A stretch of DNA of 64,000 nt from Scyliorhinus canicula. Its lineage: Eukaryota. Below, piece after piece: positions 1 to 11,305 of this stretch. Numbering within the stretch: the first letter of the stretch is position 1; each line of letters begins with the position of its first letter. The position numbers and the translations under genes were made by a program. Below the pieces are notes generated by a model that was not told the DNA's origin, ran no database searches, and saw nothing but the letters and a program-made list of their open reading frames with translations. The stretch covers positions 46,152,553 through 46,216,552 of the forward strand of contig NC_052157.1 of assembly GCF_902713615.1 (NCBI RefSeq), given 5' to 3'.

Positions 1-295
1 GGTTATAACAGATTGGCTGCAGCATTTTTCTCCATTACAATTGTCACTGCATTTCTGAAGTGCCAAATGGACTGTCCAGTACTTGTGGAGTCCTGAAGTT
101 TGCGAAAGCCAACACAAAAGTTCAAGTCTTCTTTTTAATGGTTCATATGACCTGAGTTAGCCCATTCATTACTATGAAAAAAATGCCCTTGTTCCCGAGG
201 GCCTTAGGCTGCTCCCCCCTGTTGGAGGGAGAGGCGAGGGGCGTAGGAAAGTGGTGAGGGTAATGGGGGAGGCAAGAGAGTAGGAAAGTAGTGAG

Positions 296-680
296 TGAAG
301 TATTGGCTACTGTAGACCTGAGAGATGAACAGACACTTCCAACACTGATGAAGGTTCAACTCAATTTTATTAACTAACTTCTAACTAACTAACACACGAC
401 GACTGTAGGTCTAATTGATGCTAACTTAAACTAGAGACCTAAGCCTAGTCTGAACCAGTTGATTCTCTCAGCACGTGTTGTCAGTCTGTGCTGGGCTGGA
501 TGAGTTCTTGTTACACTGAGAGGCAGCACCCAGAATGAGCAGGAACCATGGTGCCCTCTGCCTTTATAGTGTGTGTATTCTAACTGGTGATTGGCTGCGG
601 TGTTTGTACATGTTGATTGGTCCCTGTGTGTGTCCATCAGTGTGTGTCTGCACCATGATATACTGGTGTATATTATGACA
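296..680 (-). repeat. 3' LTR of the Gypsy element
   Basis: Direct repeat of 5142-5524; flanked internally by the polypurine tract. Confidence 0.95.
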
Positions 681-691
681 TCCTCCCTTTT
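681..691 (-). other. Polypurine tract (AAAAGGGAGGA)
   Basis: Purine run on minus strand directly abutting the 3' LTR. Confidence 0.85.
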
Positions 692-952
692 ATAAAAAAA
701 TGTTGATATAGGCATGTGATAATAAATAGTGTGGGTATGTGGAGAATGTACCTAGCAACATGTGAGGTGCGAAGACATATGTACAAAGCTATATACAGAG
801 AACAAGACTATTTACACAGGAAGGTACCTGGTGCAGATGACTACCAAGAACTGGAACAACAACGAATCTATTTACAAATCACTGGAGAACAAATGCAACA
901 AGGAAGGAAATATTTAAAAAAACATTTCAGAAAGTCCACATGTGCACAGAGT

Positions 953-3900
953 TCATAAGTTCAGTCTCTGAGGTGGGCGATGAACTCTGGTTGACCGCTG
1001 CAAGGGTGGGGCAATGGCTGGCACATCAGGATCCGGGAGGGCTGCAGCACAGTCAGGGGCAGGCAGAGTGACTGGAAGCGCCACACAGTCCACGGTAGGA
1101 GAGCTGGTCGGAGGATCCCGTGACGACCCTGGAACCAGGCAAAGAGCACGCCTGTTGCGGCGCCGAATGGATCTATCTGGCAAGCAGACAAGGACGGAGC
1201 GGGGGGCCACCTGCCTTAGAACAACAGCAGGCGCAGACCAGCCACCATCCGGGAGGTGGATGAGAACCTTGTCGCGTGGATGGATGGCGGGAAGGTCAGC
1301 AGCCCGTGAGTTGTAGGAAGTTTTCTGCTGCAGTTGAGACATGTGCATGCGGTGGAGCACAGGGACATAATCGAGGTTGGGAGTGAGAAATGACGGCACC
1401 ATCGTCCTGAGCAGTTCATTAGTAGCTGAGCAGGCGACAGGCCGTTGGAGAGCGGGGCAGAGCGATAGACTAGCAGAGCAAGATGGAAATCTGAGCCGGC
1501 GTCAGCGGCCTTGCTGGGGAGCCACTTAACGATGTGGACCCCCTTTTCCGCCTTCCCATTGGATTGGGGGTACAGGGGACTGGACGTGACGTGCTCGAAG
1601 TTGTAGTGGCGGGCGAAGCCGGCCCATTCCTGGCTCGCGAAACAGGGGCCATTGTCTGACATGACTATCAGCGAAATGCCATGGCAGGCAAACGTCTCCT
1701 TACACGCCCTGATCACAGCCGAGGATGTGAGATCGTGCAGCCTGATGACCTCCAGGTAACTGGAGAAGTAGTCGATGATGGTGACGTAATCCCTGCCCAA
1801 TGCGTGGAACAAGTCGATGCCCACTTTGGTCCAAGGTGATGTGACGAGCTCATGGGGCATCAGGGTCTCCCATGGTTGGGCGGGCTGAAAACACTGGCAG
1901 GTAGAGCAGTTGAGCATCACATTGGCGATGTCATCGTTAATGCCCAGCCAGTAGACGGCTTCTCTGGCCCTGCGGCGGCATTTCTCGATTCCTAAATGGC
2001 CTTCATGGAGTTGCTCCAACACTAGCTGGCGCATGCTTTGTGGAATGACGATGCGATCCAATTTCAGGAGCACCCCGTCGACAACCGCCAGGTCATCTTG
2101 GACGTTGTAAAATTGCGGGCATTGGCCCTTGAGCCACACCGTCTAACATTAGACGCATCACCCGCAGCAGAAGTGGATCAGCCGCTGCCTCACGGCGAAT
2201 TTGCATCAGTCGTGCATCCGAAGCTGTCAAATGGGAGGCTGCAAACTGAACTTGAGCATCTATTTGGCAGACGAAGCCGTCATGATCACACGGAGTTGTG
2301 ATTGACCTTGAGAGGGCATCGGCAACGGCAAGGTCCTTGCCAGGGGTATAGACCAGTTGAAAGTCATACCTGCGCAGCTTGAGTAAGATACGCTGGAGGC
2401 GGGGCGTCATGTCATTTAGGCCCTTTTTGATAATATTTACAAGTGGGCGGTGGTCGGTTTCAACCGTGAACTGCGGAAGTCCATAGACGTAGTCGTGGAA
2501 CTTCACGACTCCAGTGAGAAGACCGAGACACTTTTTCTCAATTTGCGCATAGCGCTGCTCTGTGGGCGTCATCGCCCGCGATGCATACGCAACGGGGGCC
2601 CATGACGAGGCCTCGTCTCGTTGCAGGAGCACGGCACCACTCCCTGACTGACTGGCATCAGTAGAGATTTTGGTCTCTTTGGTCGGGTCGAAAAAGGCCA
2701 ACACTGGAAAGCTTGACCTTCAGCTCCTGCCATTCACGTGGTCTGTGGTTTTGCGAATCTGGTCTCTGAGTGCTGTGGTGTGTGAGGCGATAAACTTCGG
2801 GATGAACTTCCCGAGGAACTTCACCATACCCAGGAACCGGAGGACCGCTTTCTTGTCCTCGGGTGTCTTCATGGACATGATTGCTGCAATCTTGTCCTTG
2901 TCCAGACGCACCCCCTGGTGGGAGATGTGATCCCCCAGAAACTTGATACTCGACTGTCCGAAGGAGCATTTGGCCCTATTGAGGCGGAGGCCGTATTCCT
3001 GGATGCGCCTCAAAACACACTTAAGGCGGACAATGTGTTTCTGCGGGGTGGTTGACCAGATAATAATGTCGTCGACATATACCGGACGCCGTCGATCCCC
3101 TCCATCATCTGCTCCATGATCCGATGGAAAACTTCGGATGCAGAAATGATGCCGAATGGCATCCGGTTGTAGCAGAACCTGCCAAAGGGTGTGTTGAACG
3201 TCCAAGCTTCCTGCTTGACTCATCTAGTTGGATCTGCCAGAAACCCTTCGAGGCATCCAGTTTTGAGAATCGTTTGGCGTGGGCCATCTCGGCCGTGAGC
3301 TCCTCACGTTTCGGAATCGGGTAGTGCTCCCGCATGATATTCTGATTCAGGTCTTTAGGATCAATAAAGATCCGCAGCTCGCCGGATGGCTTCTTGATGC
3401 AGACCATGGAGTTTACCCAGTCTGTGGGTTCCATGACCCTAGAAATGACTCCTTGGTCTTGGAGGTCCTGGAGCTGTTGCTTGAGGCGGTCCTTAAGGGG
3501 CGCTGGGACTCTGCGAGGTGCGTGAATGACAGGCGTGGCATTGGGCTTGAGTAAGATTTTGTACGTGTACGAGAGCGTGCCCATGCCTTCGAAGACATCA
3601 TTGTATTGCTGGATGATGGAGTTGAGTTACTCCCTGAAGTCTGTGTCAGAGGATGCAGACACATCGCTTGCAGAGAGAGAGTGTACTCTCTGCACTAAGT
3701 GGAGCAGCTTGCATGCCTGCGCACCAAGCAAGGAGGCTTTGAGGCAGCAACAATCTCAAAGGGGAGAATGATGTGTCACCTCAAGGCGGCAGGAGTCGCT
3801 GGCGGCGATGGCATTGCCATTGTAGTTCAGCAATTTACACGCAGATGGCAGGACAGCAGGCTGTACGCAGAGCTTGTGAAAATCAGAAGACGCAATGAGA

Positions 3901-4028
3901 TTGGCAGAAGCGCCAGTGTCCAGGCGGAACCTGACGGGGGACCGGTTGACCGTAAGGGTGGCACACCACTCATCATCCTGGCCGACGCTGTGGACGTGGA
4001 TGGGTTTGGTGCCACAATTGGGGGACAT
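953..4028 (-). pseudogene. pol: Gypsy pol (aspartic protease, RT, RNase H, integrase) broken into several frames
   Basis: LDTGAS protease motif (3756-4028); KLDASKGFWQ and YVDD RT motifs (3105-3584, 2720-3223); TDASQSG...TDHRPL RNase H (2093-2704); LHEGHLG...CSTC zinc finger and DLF/SDNGP/NGKAE integrase core (1216-2139). Confidence 0.93.
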
Positions 4029-4071
4029 CCTGTTCGTGGTAATGACGCCGATTTGGAACGGGACCTGTGGG

Positions 4072-5055
4072 TCATTGCAGGCACAGTCGGAAGCAAGGTT
4101 TAGAGTAGGTTAATTGATGGCAGGCTGGATAGCCCTGACATCTCTGTGGGGCTGGGTGGACCTCCAAAAAACAGCAGGCAGGGAAGATCTGCACATTATA
4201 GCGTTGTGGCCTAGTTTGCCACACTGCAGGCAGCGTCGGGACTTTGCGGGACATTGCCGCTTTAAGTGGACGGAGCCATAGTTGCCGCACGTCGGAGCGT
4301 CGGGATGTTCGTCGCGCCACCGCGCATGCGCGGGGCGATCAAGCGAGGCGCACCTGCGCAAAGCGATCCGTGACGTCAGCATGTTCCCTGCGTGTAAGCA
4401 CGGGACACCGCTAAAAGCACTCGAAATTGCCGCCATCGTTCAGATCATGAGCCTGAAAAGATTTAATCATTTGGACCCGTTCTGCCTTGTAAGGGGCTTG
4501 CCGCGCCGTTTCAGCAGCCTGGATGCAGGAGTAACGCGTGGAGGCATGTTCATGAAGTACACAGGTCTCAATGGCCGTGGAGAGAGTGAGCTGCTTTACC
4601 TTTAGTAGCTGCTGGCGCAGGGGCTCAGATTGAACACCGAAAACAATCTGGTCATGGAGCATGGAGTCAGAGGTGGACCCATAGTTGCAGGACTGTGCAA
4701 GGACGCGGAGGTAGGTAATAAAGGACTGGAAAGGCTCGTCCTTACCCTGAATTCTCTGCTGAAACATGTATCTCTCGAAGCTCTCGTTGACTTTGACCGC
4801 GCAGTGGCTGTCGAACTTTAGAATGACGGTCTTGAACTTCGATTTGTCCTCCCCCTCAGCGAAGGTGAGCGCATTGTAAATGTGCAGAGCATGGTCCCTG
4901 ACTGTGGAGAGGAAGAGAGCAATCTTCCGTGCATCCGAGGCAGCTTCCAGGTCCCTGGCCTCGAGGTACAACTGGAAGCGCTGTTTGAAAAGTTTCCAGT
5001 TCAAGCCCAGATTCCCGGCAATGCGGAGAGGCGGCGGCGGGCGAACGGAGTCCAT
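4072..5055 (-). pseudogene. gag: Gypsy gag, frameshifted, with Cys/His zinc knuckle
   Basis: ORF 4411-5055 (NWKLFKQRFQLYL...DQIVFGV) plus CGNYGSVH...CPAKSRRCLQCGKLGH in 4110-4436. Confidence 0.9.
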
Positions 5056-5128
5056 TCCGTAGGATGGCGCGAGACTGGTGGAAGGCAGATCACTGAAAGG
5101 TAGGTCTCAGAAGTGCTAGCATCCCTCA

Positions 5129-5141
5129 ACTTCTGGTACCA
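5129..5141 (-). other. Primer-binding site TGGTACCAGAAGT, likely tRNA-Leu(UAA)
   Basis: Immediately downstream of the 5' LTR on minus strand; complementary to a ...ACUUCUGGUACCA tRNA 3' end. Confidence 0.8.
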
Positions 5142-5524
5142 TGGAGTGTTGGCTTGTGTAGGCTTGAGAGATGAACAGACACTTCCAACACTGATGAAAG
5201 TTCAACTCAATTTTATTAACTAACTTCTAACTAACTAACACACGATGACTGTGGGTCTAATTGATGCTAACTTAAACTAGAGACCTAAGCCTTGTCCGAA
5301 CCAGTTGATTCTCTCGGCACGTGGTGTGAGTCTGTGCTGGGCTGGATGAGTTCTTGTTACACTGCGAGGCAGCATCCAGAATCAGCAGGAACCGTGGTGC
5401 CCTGCCTTTATAGTGTATGTATTCTAACTGGTGATTGGCTGCGGTGTTTGTACATGTTGATTGGTCCCTGTGTGTGTCCATCAGTGTGTGTCTGCACCAT
5501 GATATACTGGTGTATATTATGACA
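5142..5524 (-). repeat. 5' LTR of the Gypsy element
   Basis: About 95% identical (by eye) to 296-680. Confidence 0.95.
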
Positions 5525-6280
5525 GTGAGGGGAGTCGGGGAGAGGCGAGAGGAATAGGAAAGTGGTGAAGAGAATGTGGGAGAGAGGTGAGGAGAGTGGG
5601 AAAGTAGTGAGGGGAGTGGGGGATGTTGAGGGGAATAGGAAATCGGTGAGGCGAATCAGGGAGAGGCGAAGAGTGTGGGAACGTGGTGAGGGGAGTGGGT
5701 GAGAGGCGTGTGGAGTAGGACAGCGTTGAGGGGAGAAGCGAGGGAAGTAGGACAGCAATGAGGGAGCGGGGGAGAGGCATGAGAAGTAAGAAAATGTTGA
5801 GGGGTGCTGGGAAGACGTGAAGAGAGGTGGAAAGGAGTGAGAAGTATGGGTGAGAGGCATGGGGAGTAGGATAGCGATGAGGAGAGTGAGAGGTGAGGGG
5901 AGTAGGTCAGCAATGAGGAGAGAGAGTGAGAGGTGAGTGGAGTAGGTGAGCGATGAGGGGAGCAGGGAGGAGCCGTAGGGAGTAGGAAAGTGGTGATGGG
6001 AGAAGGGCGAGGTGAGGGGAGTGGTAAACTAGTGAGGGGACTGGGGAGAGGCAAGGGGAGTAATAAAGCGGCGAAGGAAGCGGGTGAGAGGCAAGGGGAG
6101 TAGGAAAGTGTTGAGGGGAGTGGGGTAGAGGCGAAGGGAATAGGAAAGTAGTGAGGGAAGAGGGGGAAAGGCGAGAGGAGTAGGGAAGCAGTGAGGGAAG
6201 TGGGAGAGAGGTGAGAGGAGTAGGGAAGAGGTGATGAGAATGGGGAGAGTCGAGGGGAATAGGAAAGTGGTGAGGGGTGA
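5525..6280. repeat. GA-rich degenerate tandem/low-complexity repeat (also 225-295; split by the Gypsy insertion)
   Basis: Recurrent GGGAGAGGCGAGGGGAGTAGGAAAGTGGTGAG-like units on both sides of the element. Confidence 0.9.
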
Positions 6281-6282
6281 AC

Positions 6283-8400
6283 ATAGCAGAGTAGGTGCGG
6301 TAGATTTAAAATGAAGTCTGCAGGCCTCAGAGGTTCAAACAAACAATGAGCTTTATTCGAAGATGTTAACACTCCAAGCTGCTCTGTCAAACTGCCTGTT
6401 TGCCCACGCAAATGGCTGGGTCCAATGGAGTCAGGTAATCAGTCTGTAAAGTGCCCCTGTTCCAGTGCAAGGCTGCTAGTGAGGAAACACTGGAAATATC
6501 ATGAAACACAACATTTACCTCCCCCTTTAAATCAAAGGTTCCTGATGATGGTCAGTGTTGGTCTAACATCGACTGCAACTGGGTGCAGTAAAACGAGAAA
6601 CAGGCTTCCGACACAGGAGATGGTCCAACACTGTTTTATTGAACCTGTTGATTGCTGTACATAATCTGCTGTGGGTTGACACTCTATTAACCTAACTGAT
6701 AACATCCTACTGGCTTGACCAGACTAGCTCTCTATCACATGGTGATGATGTTCATTGGCCTGTGCACTGCGACTATCTCCCTAGCCATGTCCTGTGAGAG
6801 AGAGAGAGCCTTAATGCCCTGTGGGCTTTATAGAGGTGGTGTCCTGTCTGGTGATTGGTTGTTCTGTGTCGTGTGTGTTCATTGGTTATCCTGTGTGTCA
6901 ATCACTGCCTGTCTGCATCTCATGATATACATGAGTGGATATTATGACACCTGACACAATGAACAATCTAACATTAACAATCAATCAACAACAATAGTCA
7001 ATACATCAGGCGCTTCAGACGTTGTCGTTCTCTGTGTGGTTGTTGGCAAACCTCAGACGTCTGCCGTTTAGTGCTTGCTGCAACCTCTGGTGTCTTTGGC
7101 TTGGTTTGGACATTGTCCGTGGTTGTCTTCACCATAGTTGACCTGGGGGTTCCGAGGGTTACTTGGTGTCTGGCTCTCAATTGCTTTCCTCAATTGGTTC
7201 GAACAGCATCAGGCTCTCCAAGCCATCTCTTGGCACAACGTGATTTGGAATCTGTCAGTTCTGAACAGGGTTCTGTATCCCGGGACACCCAGAACCACCT
7301 CTACCCCCCCCCCCCCCCCCCCCCCCCCCGCCACCCCCACCCCCTAAGGAAAGAGACTCCTGTCTAACAGCTGGAGAGCAGCCCAGACAGGGCCAATGAG
7401 AAGAATTACAGCTGTAACAGTTACCTTCCAGCTTCACTTGTCCATTCCTCGAAAGAGAGCAGCTGTGACCTGTATCTGAGTCTCACAATCCATTATCTGC
7501 AAGCCATTTATAGCTTTCTAGCAGCGGTCTCTGATTGGCAATTTCTACAAACCATCTGTAGCTTTGAGTCATTCATCTCCCTTCACGGTTTGGTGATCCC
7601 AGTGGTGAAACCCCAATGTTTGTAAACATTGACCACATCAAAGAAAGGTAAGTGCAGTGAAATCACACACTTGAGGGATTGGAATGCACTTAGTGCTGGG
7701 AATGCACTTACCTCTCCTTGTCCCGTACATTCCGTCCTCCTTCAAGTTGTGTATGAACTGTTCCGAAATGAACTACAGCTCATTATCGCACAAATTGATC
7801 AGGGTAATCGAATCTGCTGAAGATTTCACCTAAACTCTCAATTGCTGTGTCTGCTGACGTTGTCTTCATGATGACCACTTCAGGTCATTTCGAGTGAACA
7901 TTGACTTCAAATGGTCTGCCATAATCAACATATACCCATTGGCAGGCCTCTTCTGGCCATTCCTGTGGGTGTAATGGGGCTGATGGCAGCAGGTTCCGCA
8001 CTACTGTGCAAGGCGAACACAGTCCCAACTTCTCCTCAATTTTGGCATCTAGCCCCGGCCACCAAAGATAGCTTCTGGCTATCTCCTTTCTCCTTACAGT
8101 CCCACAGTGACCTTCATGTAATTAGTTTAATACACATTTTCTTAGTCGTGGTTGAGTGATGATTCTCATTCCCCAGAGAAGATAACGTGTCTGCACGGCT
8201 AATTCATGTCTTCGAGTGGAATATGGCTTTAACTCAGTTTCTGTTCCTGAAGTATTTCCTCGAAGCACTATGTCCGTGACCTCTGACAGTACTGGATCAT
8301 TTCTGATATGCTCCTTAACTTGTCCTGCGGTTACAAGAATATTATCTCCTAGCTGGAAGTAGAAAATGTTCCCACACTTTAATAACCAAGAAAGCCAGCT
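6283..8400 (-). mobile_element. Highly decayed Gypsy 3' portion (LTR remnant, PPT, pol C-terminus)
   Basis: PPT-like CCTCCCCCTTT near 6518; pol-tail-like RERQRLKRLMY* at 6998-7180; boundaries approximate. Confidence 0.55.
6546..6949 (-). mobile_element. Solo LTR of a family related to the 296-5524 element
   Basis: TG...CA ends; 5-bp TSD CCTGA (6541-6545 / 6950-6954); shares the terminal ATATTATGACA and GTGATTGG motifs. Confidence 0.85.
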
Positions 8401-11305
8401 GTAGGAAGGAAAAGATTCATTTTACTTTTAACATAAAGTTGCCCTGGGCAGTCGCAGTTCCCATTTCGAGTTCCGCGTCTACAGAGTTCTTCATACAACA
8501 GTAATGGGACGTTCCATGCCTTCATCCCATCTGTGGGCCAGCACTGCCCGGTGCCATAGGGGACGCATCGCACATCAGGAGAAGCGGTCAAGATGGTCAT
8601 AATGGTGAGGAGTTGCAAGGATGACAGAACACTTCTTCCTGTGAGGCAGTCCAAACCCACTTTTGGTTCCTCTTGAGCAGTATGTGGAGGGGTGTCAACA
8701 GTTGGCCAAGTTTGAGATAATCTTTCCGTAATAATTGACCAGTCCCAAGAATGACCAGAGTTTGGAGCATTCCTCGGAGCTGGAGCCCCCTTTATGGCCT
8801 GAACCTTCTCCTCCATGGGGTTCAGGCCATCTCTGTTAACCCTGTACTCCAAATACATTTACGCCTTTGCCCTGAACGTGCATTTGCTCTTCAGCCGAGC
8901 GCCAACTTGGAAGAACTGTCGGAGTACTTCCTCAAGGGTTTCCATGTGCCCCTTGTCGGTAATGAGCAATTCATCTAGTATGCAGCTACTTTTGGAAGCC
9001 CTTGAAGAATGCCTTTAATTACAATTCAGAAGATTTCCAGAGCTGACCAGATCCTGAATGGGAGGTGAGTGGAGTCAAATAACCCACCGTGGGTGTTTAT
9101 ATTTGCCTATTTCCTGGATGCGGAGTTCAGTTCCACCCGTAAAGAAGCATGGCTCATATCGAGATTTGTACACTGAAAATCCTCCACTCTCAGGTGGATC
9201 AGGTAATGGTCCAGGCAAGGGGCCCTGTTCACCATGAGTTTGTAATCTCTGCAGAGTCAGACAGACTTGGCTGGTTTCATAATCGGTACTATAGGTGCGG
9301 CCTATTCCTCAAACTGTATCTGGGGGATATGATTACCAGGTTCTTTAGGCGCTGAAATTCTACATCAACCTTGGCGAGTAAGGCATAGCGAACAAGGCTT
9401 GCCGTAAAATATCTGGGTTAATCCTCTGGGTCCACGTATATATGAGCTTTGACCCCTTTTATCCTGCCCAGATCCTCCTGCAATACTTCAGGATGCTTGC
9501 CGAGGACTTCATAAAAGGTTCCAGTGCCCATCCAGAAAATCTGCTGCCAATCAAACGGAGGACTCGGAAGCAGTCAGGCTCCAGTAGATTGGATCCCAGT
9601 CCCTGCACCCCAACTGAGGGTAGCCTGACCCTTTGCTGCCCGTGGGTCAGTGGGGTCATGGTGGTCCCCACGATGCTCAGTGGTTCGCCGGCATCCGTTG
9701 CCAACGTGGCCTCGGTGTCCAACAGGTTAGTGGTATGATCCGTGTATGAAGCCGAGGAAAGGTTTTTTGGCGCACGATGGAGACGACGCTCCCATGTCCA
9801 TCTCCATCACCAGAGGATGCCCATTCACTTGCAATATGACCTGGATCTGCGCCATCTTTGGGATTTGGCATCATGCAGTCTTCGTCTGGTGGGGCCACGT
9901 GCAAAGTCCTGGCTTGTGGTGACCTCATCGGCTGCGCTGGGCCGTGTACTTTCCACGAGTTCTAGCGGCACTGACCACCACGTGTTCTCTGTCCACATGT
10001 CTAGCAATATGGCTGGCCTTCCTCTTCATCCTCGGGGGAAGTATCCTGCACGTCTGCAGCTGCTCCTGACTACTGGGCCCGACTGCATAACTACGCCTTT
10101 GGTCGCCTCTTGGGAGATGAACTAGCCATTCTGGCACAGTCCCGAGATGATGCGGGAGTCCGAAACGGGGGTCGGGTCAAAATATGAATCCCATAGTTAA
10201 TGGACACTTGAAGCTGTTGCACCCCTTTCTCCACATTTTCACAGGATAGTTCCCGTTTTAAGTCTAACATGGGCTCTGCCAACAGTTTCCTTTGTGTGGC
10301 CATGTTATTTATTCCAGAAACAAACCTATCACTCAACATCTCCAAAGCGAATAGCCTGAACTCGCAGTGCTCCTCCAGCCACTTAAGGCAGGTCAAAAGG
10401 TTAGTGATTGATTCATCTGAAGACCGCACAATCACATTGAACCAACAATGTTACATTATAATATAAGGTTTTGGATCATAGTGTTCAGCCATTAGTGCAA
10501 CCAACTCATCGAACGATTTGGAGCCTGGTGCAGCTGGGTAGGTAAGGCTCTTCATAATCTCAAAGGTCAGGGCCCGACAGGTTGTCAGGAGGATCACTTT
10601 TTGATGGTCTTCCCCTAAGATGCCATTGGCCTGAAAAAAGTACCTCATACGTTCCGTATATTTGCCCCAATCCTCCAGGCCCACATCGAAGGCCTCCAGC
10701 TTACCAAGCAATAGCATATTTTTTATTTTTTTTTAATTTATTTTTTAATAAATTTAGAGTACCCAATTAATTTTTTCCAATTAAGGGGCAATTTAGCGTG
10801 GCCAATCCACCTACTCTGCACATCTTTGGGTTGTGGGGGCGAAACCCACGCAAACACGGGGAGAATGTGCAAACTCCGCACAGACAGTGACCCAGAGCCG
10901 GGATCGAACCTGGGACCTCGGCACCGTGAGGCAACAGGGCTAACCCACTGCGCCACCGTGCTGCCCCTGCAATAGCATATTTAAACTTTATATCCTCTTG
11001 TTACCGCACAGTAGTCGTCGGAGTGGTTAGGCATCTTGAAAACCGAGTCCGGAGTCTCCTTTCTCCTCATACCTTAATGACCAAGGAAACCATTTGCTTT
11101 ATTTGTGACATAAAGCTGCCCACAGCAGTAACTACAATCACAGTCCCTGTTGGGGCTGTCTGTCCCTGCCCGGGCCGGGTTTTATGCTCGGTTTAATGAA
11201 CCCCGGCTGAGTGGGTCTCTGCCCCATACTTGGGAAACTACTGCTCCACAAGCCCCAGGGGAGATCAATAATAGTTTTCCAGTGGACTTTGTGGGGGTTA
11301 TGGCC
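8400..11305 (-). mobile_element. Decayed Gypsy element: LTR (~11070-11305), gag, protease, RT/RNaseH fragments
   Basis: gag MLLLGKLEAFDVGLEDWGKYTERMRYFFQAN (10451-10717, continued 10091-10435); RT-thumb-like EEKVQAIKGAPAPRN (8379-8858). Confidence 0.8.
10722..10968 (-). mobile_element. tRNA-derived HE1/V-type SINE, short A-rich tail
   Basis: GGGCAGCACGGTGGCGCAGTGG head, GGTTCGATCC box B, GGATTGGCCACGCTAAATTGCCCC body; 14-bp TSD GCAATAGCATATTT (10708-10721 / 10969-10982). Confidence 0.92.

Larger units (their letters stand above)
296..5524 (-). mobile_element. Full-length Ty3/Gypsy LTR retrotransposon (gag-pol frameshifted, inactive)
   Basis: Two ~385-bp direct repeats (296-680, 5142-5524) with TG...CA ends; 5-bp TSD GTGAG at 291-295 and 5525-5529; internal domain order gag-protease-RT-RNaseH-integrase on minus strand. 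Confidence 0.96.

Noticed and set aside
345-375. CTGATGA in the LTR as a hammerhead core
   Set aside because: No stem II followed by GAAA
716-958. ORF between pol end and 3' LTR as a possible env or accessory gene
   Set aside because: Antisense to the element, only 80 aa, non-ATG start, no signal peptide or transmembrane features
5408-6411. Long Pro/Ser/Leu-rich ORFs
   Set aside because: Translations of GA low-complexity DNA; the same applies to 36623-37173
10920-10968. tRNA genes at box A/box B motifs
   Set aside because: All continue into SINE bodies and tails; no complete cloverleaf with terminator
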